DNA from: Waddliaceae bacterium
Lineage (GTDB): Bacteria; Chlamydiota; Chlamydiia; Chlamydiales; SLOH01
NCBI GenBank assembly: GCA_040880105.1
Contig: JBBDJA010000004.1
Coordinates: forward strand, 1-40,750
DNA length: 40,750 nt
Direction of reading: 5' to 3'
The notes beneath the pieces are model-generated. The model had not been told where the DNA came from, did no database searches, and saw only the letters and a list, made by a program, of their open reading frames with translations. Shown here piece after piece: positions 18,612 to 26,846 of this stretch (position 1 is its first letter; every line of letters begins with the position of its first letter). A program made the position numbers and the translations under genes.

Positions 18612-20749
18612 AATTGAAACAGGAGTTCTTTGTATTTTGGAAATGGCCACTTGCGGTGATCTACGGTTGCTTCCAACTGATCAATCACAAGCCGAAGTTT
18701 TTCCATAATAGGAAGAGCGCTCTTCACGATCTCTATGGGTTGAATGTGAAGCTGTTTTTTGATAATTTCTTTTTGTCTCTCTTTCAATTTGTCGTAAATT
18801 TCTAAACCTTCATTAATGAGCTCGGAAAGCTGAGTCAATTCATGTTGAAGTCTCTTAAGAGAGACTTCCGTTTTCAAAACGGCCGCGGTAAGTGAGAGCG
18901 TTTTTGCAAGCTCCTTTTGATAGGAAACAGCGGCGGGTAAGATTGAAGTACGAAAGAGGTCTAAAATGAGACTAATTTCAATATGAGCAACGTTTGCGTA
19001 ATTTTCTAAAAGGACTTGATGGCGACTTTCGAGTTCATGAGAGGACAAAATCCCATTAAAAAGGGAGATTGTATCACTGCTCACAAGAGAGTCCAGGGCA
19101 TTTGGAGTTCCTTGAATGTTTGGCAGTTTACGTTTTTCAGCTTCTTGATGCCATTTATCTGAGTAGTTGTCACCTGAGTATCTGATGTTTTTTGACTTCT
19201 TCAGATATTTCCTCACAACGTCTAATGCAATAGCGGGATTCTGAAGGTTTTCCCCTTTCTCTTCAATTTCATCCAGAATTAAGTTCAAACTTTCAGAAAC
19301 AACTGCATTGATAACGGTAACAGCAAACGCGGGATTAGCCTGCGATCCGATTGCGCGAAATTCAAACTTATTCCCTGTAAAAGCAATCGGCGAGGTACGG
19401 TTGCGATCTGTTGTGTGCTTTGGAATTTCAGGGAAACTAAAAAGTCCAAAGGACATTTTAACATGATTCTCTTCACTAACATGAGATCCTTTAGACTCAA
19501 TGTTATCAAGGAGTTCCTCTAATTGTTGACCCAGATAGATAGAGGTAATTGCCGGTGGCGCCTCATGGCCGCCAAGGCGATGGTCGTTGCCTAAAGATCC
19601 GATTGAGGCTCTTAGCAACTCCGCATGTTGAGAAATTCCATAGCAAAAAGCTGTCAATAAGATAATAAAATAGAGTTCTTTCTCCGGATAACTCGTCGGA
19701 TCTAGTAAATTAATTCCAGTATCGGTGACCAAAGACCAATTACAGTGCTTTCCCGAACCGTTAAGTCTTGCAAAGGGCTTTTCGTGAAGAAGACAGGCAA
19801 GATGGTGTCTTACGGCAACCTTTTCTAGAAGTTCCATGAGTAATAAGTTGTGATCTAAGGCGATCGATCCGGACTCATAGACACATGCAAATTCGTACTG
19901 GGCGGGCGCGACTTCGTTATGACGGGTTTTAATAGGTATTCCAATATCAATTGCCTCTTGTTCAACTTCTTGCATGAAAGATAGAACTCGGTCTTTAATA
20001 GACCCAAAGTAATGATCCTGAAGCCCTTGTCCCTTAGGAGATTCAGCTCCAAAAAGCGTGCGGCCGGTCAATAAAAGATCAGGTCGTTTGTTATAAAGCG
20101 TGCGATCGATCATAAAATACTCCTGTTCAAATCCAAGAGTACATCGAGCGGTTTTAGCCTCTACACCACTCAGAGACAGAAGGCGGAGTACGGATTTTTC
20201 AAGTTTCTGCTCCGACAAAAGCATAGGGATTTTTGAGTCGAGAATATGACCTCTCCAAGAGAAATAAAGCGACGGGATGCAAAGCGTCACCCCTCGAGCT
20301 CCTTTCCATAGAAAAACGGGAGATGTTGGATCCCAACTGGTGTATCCCCGCGCTTCAAATGTTGTTCTCAAACCTCCGGAAGGAAATGAAGAGGCGTCAG
20401 GCTCTCCTTGCAGCAAAGTTTTCCCTGTAAACATTTCAAGCACCTCATCAGGACCATTCCACTCAATAAAGGCGTCGTGCTTTTCAGCGGTACGTCCTCT
20501 TAATGGATGAAACCAATGCGAATAGTGTGTAGCTCCTTGAGAAATTGCCCATTTTTTCATTGCCTCGGCAATCGGGTCAATATATTCGGGGTGAATTCTT
20601 GTTTTTCCTTCCATCACAAGGCAGAGATGATTTGCAATTTCATTACCGAGCATCTCTTTTATCACTTTACGATTGAAGACAAGTCGTCCGAATTGGCTCG
20701 AAAATGGGTCTGAGCCATTAGATAATTTTGAATGTGGAAGTGTATTCAT
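18608..20749 (-). CDS. glnA: Glutamine synthetase type III
   Basis: GATHYSHWFHPL, AEKHDAF, GEPDASSFPSGGLRTTFEARGYTSWD, HEKPFARLNGSGKHCNW, DRNRTSPIAFTGNKFEFR; about 715 aa. The start could extend to TTG20779. Confidence 0.95.
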   Translation of the reverse strand: MNTLPHSKLSNGSDPFSSQFGRLVFNRKVIKEMLGNEIANHLCLVMEGKTRIHPEYIDPIAEAMKKWAISQGATHYSHWFHPLRGRTAEKHDAFIEWNGPDEVLEMFTGKTLLQGEPDASSFPSGGLRTTFEARGYTSWDPTSPVFLWKGARGVTLCIPSLYFSWRGHILDSKIPMLLSEQKLEKSVLRLLSLSGVEAKTARCTLGFEQEYFMIDRTLYNKRPDLLLTGRTLFGAESPKGQGLQDHYFGSIKDRVLSFMQEVEQEAIDIGIPIKTRHNEVAPAQYEFACVYESGSIALDHNLLLMELLEKVAVRHHLACLLHEKPFARLNGSGKHCNWSLVTDTGINLLDPTSYPEKELYFIILLTAFCYGISQHAELLRASIGSLGNDHRLGGHEAPPAITSIYLGQQLEELLDNIESKGSHVSEENHVKMSFGLFSFPEIPKHTTDRNRTSPIAFTGNKFEFRAIGSQANPAFAVTVINAVVSESLNLILDEIEEKGENLQNPAIALDVVRKYLKKSKNIRYSGDNYSDKWHQEAEKRKLPNIQGTPNALDSLVSSDTISLFNGILSSHELESRHQVLLENYANVAHIEISLILDLFRTSILPAAVSYQKELAKTLSLTAAVLKTEVSLKRLQHELTQLSELINEGLEIYDKLKERQKEIIKKQLHIQPIEIVKSALPIMEKLRLVIDQLEATVDHRKWPFPKYKELLFQL

Positions 20750-20765
20750 AGTACTCGTATTTTTT

Positions 20766-21371
20766 TTATACTCTAACAAATCTCCACCCTTTTTTGTTGC
20801 AAATTTTTTTTAGTAGAAAATTCGGATTAACTGCAATCGGGTGACCAACCAGTTCAAGTAGAGGAAGATCTTCAAGGCTATCTGTATATGCTGTGGTATC
20901 ACTCAAAGAAATAAGATACTGGCCAGCTAACTCAGCTGCAACTTTTGCCTTTGCTTTCCCGTCTAAAATAGATTGTGTCGATGCCACGCAAAGATCGGCT
21001 CCCAGATAGTTTGCAATCGGACAGGCTAGGTAATTTGGAGCGGCAGAAAGCACGACTGTTAAAGAATGCCGATTTTTGGACGCAATCAACTGCTCATGCA
21101 TATGAGTGTTGATAAGTGAAACTAAATACTTTTCAATAAATTCTTGGGCATACTCTTGGGGCGTCGGGATAGCTAAAGAGGCTTTTAAAAGCTTCTCCAA
21201 GCGGATGATTCGAAATTTGCAGAACACATAAAGAAAGCTAAGTTGCAGAGCTTTAAAGAAAGATACAACTCCTTTTCGATACAAGAATTTCCCAAATGCT
21301 AAGCTGCTATTGGATTTTAGAAGAGTGTGGTCCAGATCAAAAATCGTAAGGCTGGAGTAACTCTTCTCCAC
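20766..21371 (-). CDS. HAD-IB family hydrolase/phosphatase
   Basis: IFDLDHTL motif I, VLSAA motif II, K, AYTDSLEDLPLLELVGHPIAVNP motif IV. Confidence 0.88.
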   Translation of the reverse strand: MEKSYSSLTIFDLDHTLLKSNSSLAFGKFLYRKGVVSFFKALQLSFLYVFCKFRIIRLEKLLKASLAIPTPQEYAQEFIEKYLVSLINTHMHEQLIASKNRHSLTVVLSAAPNYLACPIANYLGADLCVASTQSILDGKAKAKVAAELAGQYLISLSDTTAYTDSLEDLPLLELVGHPIAVNPNFLLKKICNKKGWRFVRV

Positions 21372-21373
21372 TC

Positions 21374-23032
21374 CTAGCCTTTTCTAATTGCAGAAATCTT
21401 TTGTTCTATTTCATCAATTCCTTGATCCAAAATTGACAAGCGATCCTTTTCAGACACCATCAATTCTTGGAGCTCCATCAATTTGGTGAAATCAAGACCG
21501 GAACTTCCACTCTTCTTTCGAAGCGTTTCAAGTTGCAGCTTAATCGCATCACGTCTGCTCTTCCGATCTTTCAGAATCGCAGTCAATTGTTGATACTCCT
21601 CAGCTTCTCCGGAACATCCTTCTAGAAGTGTAAGCTCTCGTTGCTCGCATATCTTTTCTTGCGCAGGTCGTAAAAGTCTTTGAAGTTCTTTCTTCTCAGA
21701 ACGTTTGAGTTGAGGATCGTCAAGTTTCTTAACGATTTCATCATTCTGTTTTTCGACTACTTTCCAGTCAGAACTCTCGAGGACCGCTTTTAGTCCATCA
21801 ATTTCCTCTCGCAAACCGGAATATATTTTTAAACGTTCCTTTTCCTTTTCTCTTTCGATCTCAAGCTTTTGTTGCAACTCTTCATCTCTCTTTGCATCTA
21901 AAACTTGCGTAAAGTCTTTAATATGCTTTCTGAGATTCACAACTTCATCATGGCCGAGTTCGCGGTCGCGCATAACGCCTTGGAGTTCAGTGATACGATT
22001 TTCTGCTTGATGAATCTCAAGTGTTCCCGCTTGATACTCACCGGAAATTGCTTCTAATTGCTCGAGAATTTCACTTTCGTTCTGTTTAAAAACTTCCCTT
22101 TTTTCAGCGAAATCTTTTTTATTCTGTTTATCTTTCTCTTTTAAAAGGTCCCAACATTCGCTTAATTTTGTTCTCGATTGATTAAATGCGTGAGTATTGA
22201 GAGTGAATATTTTTGAAAGCGCTTGTAGTGCCTTTATTTCTGAACGCAGACCAAAAGTGGATTTTGTTCGATCTGTATATGAAGAGAATTTATCATAAAA
22301 GCTTGTGATATCTTCAGCAAAACGATCACTCAATTCTTTAATTAATTCCTTTCTTTTCGGAAAGATCGTGTCACCGACTGAAGAGAGGCGCTTGAAGAAT
22401 TTATTTTTATGCTTAATTCTCATTTCAGTTGAAATCAACTCTTTACGTAGCAAGGTCACTTGTGATGAAAGAGCGTTGTAAAGGTTAAGTTTTTTCTGAA
22501 ACAGTTCATAATCAGAAAGATCTTTAACCGAAATTGTGCTTTGTTCGGGAAGATTTAAAGAAGGTGCCCCATTGACTCGCTGATCGAAACTTTCGACTTC
22601 TTGCTCAATTGCGGAAATTGCAGTATCAATTTGCTCAACGGCAAAAGATGACTGTTCATCAAGAAGTTGTTTCAAGCGCCGCGCTTCTGTTGAAAGCTCA
22701 CGATATTTATCCCAATACGACTTTCGAACAACAGCTGCCATTGGCTCTTTAAACAAAGCCATACAGATCTCGCGTGCACCCCAAAAGTCTTTAAATCGAG
22801 GCGCTCCCTCTTGCGCAAGTGACTGCTCCATAAAATGGATCACAAGCTGAAGTTTCACAGAAATATCTTCTTGCGAATCGATTTCCTTTTTGATCTCTTC
22901 AACGGCGGCAGATGGTTTAGTTGGTGCCCTCTTAGGTGCAGGCGCGCTCTCCTCTGACAAGGTCGCTTCACTGACTTCATTGTTAATCTCTACTTTCTCT
23001 TCGTCCATCAGGGAAAGACTCTCCTCTGTCAT
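21374..23032 (-). CDS. Conserved chlamydial coiled-coil protein (CT768-like)
   Basis: 552 aa, E/K-rich helical; motifs FKDFW, MRIKHKNKFF, LSECWD, SSGLDF; syntenic position between miaA and rsfS. Confidence 0.8.
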   Translation of the reverse strand: MTEESLSLMDEEKVEINNEVSEATLSEESAPAPKRAPTKPSAAVEEIKKEIDSQEDISVKLQLVIHFMEQSLAQEGAPRFKDFWGAREICMALFKEPMAAVVRKSYWDKYRELSTEARRLKQLLDEQSSFAVEQIDTAISAIEQEVESFDQRVNGAPSLNLPEQSTISVKDLSDYELFQKKLNLYNALSSQVTLLRKELISTEMRIKHKNKFFKRLSSVGDTIFPKRKELIKELSDRFAEDITSFYDKFSSYTDRTKSTFGLRSEIKALQALSKIFTLNTHAFNQSRTKLSECWDLLKEKDKQNKKDFAEKREVFKQNESEILEQLEAISGEYQAGTLEIHQAENRITELQGVMRDRELGHDEVVNLRKHIKDFTQVLDAKRDEELQQKLEIEREKEKERLKIYSGLREEIDGLKAVLESSDWKVVEKQNDEIVKKLDDPQLKRSEKKELQRLLRPAQEKICEQRELTLLEGCSGEAEEYQQLTAILKDRKSRRDAIKLQLETLRKKSGSSGLDFTKLMELQELMVSEKDRLSILDQGIDEIEQKISAIRKG

Positions 23033-23185
23033 AAGAATTTGCTCCGCTTATTAAATAAATAACGAATAATAAAATACCACAGCAAAGGAATTATCTCCAA
23101 ATGATTAAGAAATCTCTAATGAAAAACGACCATTCCTCAGAAATGTATACATACATTGATAGCCGTTGAAATGTCTAATCAAAGT

Positions 23186-24196
23186 TTAATTCCCCTCAGA
23201 ATCTCGACTAACCATATCAAGTGCAATTTCCGGATCATGCATCTCCATATCCAACCACCTAAAGAGCGGCTCCTTGCGAAACCATGTGAGCTGCCGTTTG
23301 GCATACCGCCTTGATGCTTGTTTGAATTTCATTTCAAAATTCTCATAATCTTCTTCTGTCTGAGCAGATTTTAAATAATCTAACGCTTGGAGATAACCAA
23401 TGGCGTGTGCAACTGAAGAGTTTTTCTCGATCTCCTCTTTGTACTTCTTTGTCTCATCTAAAATTCCCTCCGCGATCATCGCATCGCATCGCTTTTCGAT
23501 TCGGGGGTATAAAACATCTTTCGGACGATGTAGAAACCAGCACTGAAAATCAAAATTTTGTGGGATCTTTTTCCCTTTCCAGGAGATCTTACTCACTTTT
23601 TGTCCACTTAACGTAATGATCTCAAGGCCGCGGATAATTTTCTGTCGATCCTTGTTTGTAATTGTGCTTGCATATTGAGGATCAAGCGATTTTAACCGCT
23701 GAAAAAGGAAGTCAATTCCCTTTTCCTCTATTTCATCCTCCATGGATGTTCGTAGTTCAGGCGACGGCGGAGGGCCGCTTGGGGGTCCATAAAGAAATGA
23801 ATGAAGATAAAAACCAGATCCACCAACAACAAGAGGGATTTTCTCTCTAGATAAAATTTCTTCGCAACAGCGATGAGCTTCGTAGCAAAAGTCAACGACA
23901 TTAAAGTGATCTGAGATATTACGGATATCAATCAGATGATGAGGAACTTGCCTCTGCTGCTCCTTTGTCGGTTTTGCTGTTCCGATATTGAGCTCTCGAT
24001 AGACTTGCATCGAATCTGCGGATACAATTTCGCAATTAATCTGTTTTGCGAGCTCAATTGAAAACTGCGTTTTTCCAACTCCTGTGGGACCTGACAAGAC
24101 AATGACCTTTTTTTTAGGTCCCTTCATCTCATCCAGCATCTTTTTCTCTACTTGGACAAGAAATCCGGAAAATGCTTTTGATAGATCTTGACTCAT
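23186..24196 (-). CDS. miaA: tRNA dimethylallyltransferase
   Basis: GPTGVGKT, SADSMQVY, IGTAKP, VGGSGFY, YAKRQLTWFR. Confidence 0.97.
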   Translation of the reverse strand: MSQDLSKAFSGFLVQVEKKMLDEMKGPKKKVIVLSGPTGVGKTQFSIELAKQINCEIVSADSMQVYRELNIGTAKPTKEQQRQVPHHLIDIRNISDHFNVVDFCYEAHRCCEEILSREKIPLVVGGSGFYLHSFLYGPPSGPPPSPELRTSMEDEIEEKGIDFLFQRLKSLDPQYASTITNKDRQKIIRGLEIITLSGQKVSKISWKGKKIPQNFDFQCWFLHRPKDVLYPRIEKRCDAMIAEGILDETKKYKEEIEKNSSVAHAIGYLQALDYLKSAQTEEDYENFEMKFKQASRRYAKRQLTWFRKEPLFRWLDMEMHDPEIALDMVSRDSEGN

Positions 24197-24537
24197 GCCA
24201 CCTCCTGGCCGGATAGGGCTGATATAGCCTCGGTTTCATTGGTACGGAAAAGGATCCGGTTATCAAGACCGCTCATAATGATCATTTCTATAAGATCTGA
24301 ATTTTCAGAGAAAATACAGAATTGTCCTTTAAATTTTTTCGACAATTCTAGTAGAAACCGCAAGTCTTTTGTCTTTAGCTCTTCAAGACGGTTGAGGTCA
24401 AGTGCCACCTTCTTTGATGACCACTCCCCAGCCCTTTCACTTATTAACTCTTGATCGAGTCTGCCTCTTGCTCGAATAATGAGAATGCCACCGGTTTCAT
24501 CTTGGGCAAGTGCACATCTTTCACGTCTCTTTCTCAT
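24193..24537 (-). CDS. Divergent STAS-domain protein / anti-sigma factor antagonist (RsbV-like)
   Basis: IIRARGRLD, VALDLNRL, EMIIMSGLD, ETEAI fit the STAS pattern; adjacent to miaA like chlamydial rsbV2. Confidence 0.75.
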   Translation of the reverse strand: MRKRRERCALAQDETGGILIIRARGRLDQELISERAGEWSSKKVALDLNRLEELKTKDLRFLLELSKKFKGQFCIFSENSDLIEMIIMSGLDNRILFRTNETEAISALSGQEVA

Positions 24538-25571
24538 GTATTGCGATCCATCAAAGGAAATAGTAGTTCAAGGATATGTGTTTTTGCATCATCAATTGAT
24601 CCCTTCCAAAGTGCGCCCGCAGCTTTGCGGTGTCCTCCGCCTCCCAAAGGCTCAACCACTTTTGAGACGTCAAGGTCCGTTTTTGATCGAAGAGAAATTC
24701 GAATGGATCCGTCCAACTGTTCACTTAGCAATACAACAACCTCTACTTCATGGATCAATTTGTTAAATTCGTGTATAGACTCAAAATCCATCTGTTCAAT
24801 TTCAGTGGATTTTTCTCCCATCTCCTCGTAGTCCGCATGTAAAATTTGCTGAACAATAATGCGATGATCGCAATATGTTTCCACTCGTTCAATGGCGTGA
24901 GCAAATACAGTGAACTGTTCATAGGAGACATGCTGGTATAGATGTGAGTAGACATTTGTCGGATCTACACCAAGCCGCAAGCTCTCTTTTGCAATCTCGT
25001 GCGACTCAAGCGTTGTCGATGTGTAGCAAAAACGGCCGGTATCCCAAACAACTCCTGCATAGATTCCCTGCATTGCCTGCTTTGTTAAGGGAACCTCAAG
25101 TAAGTGATAGAGGCGCCAAATCAAGGCAGCAGATGAGCAAGCGTCAGAATCCATTACGGATGCACCCTCTATCTTCTCTCTTAAAGGGTGATGGTCAATA
25201 ACTCCTAAAGGTCTCTTTGGGCTGTTTTCAAATAGAGAGGCCACTTTCCCTATTCTTGATTTTGTGTGAGTGTCGATAATGATCACAGCTTCAATCTCAG
25301 AATACGACTCCATTTCGTTGTACTCTTCAAAGACCCTACCTTCATCTAAGAAGCGAAATTTTTGAGGCATCGACGAGTCACAGACAAAGCGCGTCTTTTT
25401 GCCCAGCTTATTAAGCAACTCAATAAATGCAAGCGATGCTCCGATCCCATCCGCATCCGGAAATTGATGGGTTGTAATGAGAAAGTGAGAGCCTTTTTCA
25501 ATGAGTGAAAGCAGCGGCTCCCACTGAGCTAGCTTTTGTTTTGAGACGTTGCTGTATTCTCTTTCATCCAT
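24534..25571 (-). CDS. nrnA: DHH/DHHA1 phosphoesterase (NrnA-like oligoribonuclease/pAp phosphatase)
   Basis: HQFPDADGIG, IIIDT, IDHH, DTGRF, ISLRS, GGGGHRKAAG. Confidence 0.9.
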   Translation of the reverse strand: MDEREYSNVSKQKLAQWEPLLSLIEKGSHFLITTHQFPDADGIGASLAFIELLNKLGKKTRFVCDSSMPQKFRFLDEGRVFEEYNEMESYSEIEAVIIIDTHTKSRIGKVASLFENSPKRPLGVIDHHPLREKIEGASVMDSDACSSAALIWRLYHLLEVPLTKQAMQGIYAGVVWDTGRFCYTSTTLESHEIAKESLRLGVDPTNVYSHLYQHVSYEQFTVFAHAIERVETYCDHRIIVQQILHADYEEMGEKSTEIEQMDFESIHEFNKLIHEVEVVVLLSEQLDGSIRISLRSKTDLDVSKVVEPLGGGGHRKAAGALWKGSIDDAKTHILELLFPLMDRNT

Positions 25572-25864
25572 TTTAGGTAATCCTCATCTCCACCCTCAAT
25601 TCTAAAGTAGGTAATTTCAGGTACATCATACTGACTATTTTCAGTTATAATCTGTTTAATATCGTCCCACTTTTCTATAACGGTCTTTAGGACAACCTTA
25701 CTTTCCTGCGTGGTCTCAAGTTGATTATTCCACTGATAAACGGATTCAATCCAAGGAATAATCTGCGCGCATGCAACGTAACGCTCCTGCACGAGATAGC
25801 GACAAACGCGCCTGCCTTCATCTAAGCTACCGCAAGTCCAGTGGACTTCTATGTATTCTGTCAT
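25529..25864 (-). CDS. cutA: Divalent-cation tolerance protein CutA
   Basis: LVQERYVACAQI, SVYQW, E...LKT, YDVPEI, YLKW. Confidence 0.93.
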   Translation of the reverse strand: MTEYIEVHWTCGSLDEGRRVCRYLVQERYVACAQIIPWIESVYQWNNQLETTQESKVVLKTVIEKWDDIKQIITENSQYDVPEITYFRIEGGDEDYLKWMKENTATSQNKS

Positions 25865-25970
25865 CTAAACAACTCCTTAGTCTGAAACCTCTGAAATGCC
25901 ACTCGCCTCTTCTATCTTTTGAAATAGCACTTCATATCACAAAACTGAGTTTCCCTTACAGTCAAAAAGA

Positions 25971-26846
25971 TTATATGGATTCAACGGTCTGAAATATAGC
26001 GGAACTTTTCAATCGAAGATCGACCAAAATAGGCGGACAACAGATCACAGCTTGAAGTGGATCGATTTCAGAGAAGACCTGATGTTCAAAAAGATAAGGG
26101 CGAAGTTTGAGAAACCTTTGAAGCGCCTTTTTCCATTCTTTGGCTGGGAGCCTAAGATACCTCGGGGCTGTATATGTAAAGTGACGATGCGCATCCAGTT
26201 TGTCAAAACGCTCCTCAAAACAGACAACAATCTCTCGTTTACCTAAGACTGTCGACGTTGCGCAAGAGATATCGATTAAACAGAGTTTTAGTGTCTCATC
26301 GCAGCAATTTTTTGTGATCCAATCAAGTATCTCAAGGCCGCTTTCCGCTCTCTCATTACCCAAGTAGATCTCCGGTAGTTTTTTAGGCTCGAAGAAGGGG
26401 CGATAAGGAAAATAGACACCACTTTGATCGATGGCTGTATTCTCAAATTCCGGCAAAAATGCAATCGGCTCACGCGTGTTGTAATTAATGGATATCGTGC
26501 TCGGCTTTACTCTTCTCACCTCGGCAAAGGAAATGACCGGGTAGTTGAGTAACTTCTTTTTTGCCTGTTCTTGATCAAAGAGATAAATATTTGTCGGATG
26601 ATCTTGAGATAATTCTAAAATCTCAGCCAGTGCATCCGTCTCTAGCCTGGCCTCACCTTTTCCCTCCTGCAAAATAGATAGGATATGATACTTCGGGTCA
26701 AGCGCGCGCGCGCGATAGAAAGCCCGGATACCAAAATAGGCAAAAGCAGCTCCCCCTGAAATAAGAAGCGTTGCGATGATAATAAAAATAGCGGCATTTC
26801 GTGGAGAGATCCGCTCATATAGGTATTTTGATTTTCTCTTGGGCAT
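25971..26846 (-). CDS. ftsQ: FtsQ/DivIB-like cell division protein (CT764-like)
   Basis: Basic N-terminus, one TM, POTRA-like KKLLNYPVISFAEVRRVKPSTISI..REPIA, C-terminal VDLR; directly downstream of murC-ddl. Confidence 0.75.
   Translation of the reverse strand: MPKRKSKYLYERISPRNAAIFIIIATLLISGGAAFAYFGIRAFYRARALDPKYHILSILQEGKGEARLETDALAEILELSQDHPTNIYLFDQEQAKKKLLNYPVISFAEVRRVKPSTISINYNTREPIAFLPEFENTAIDQSGVYFPYRPFFEPKKLPEIYLGNERAESGLEILDWITKNCCDETLKLCLIDISCATSTVLGKREIVVCFEERFDKLDAHRHFTYTAPRYLRLPAKEWKKALQRFLKLRPYLFEHQVFSEIDPLQAVICCPPILVDLRLKSSAIFQTVESI

Noticed and set aside
25920..25955. TAGCACT resembling a CIRCE half-site
   Set aside because: No matching GAGTGCTAA arm at 9-nt spacing.
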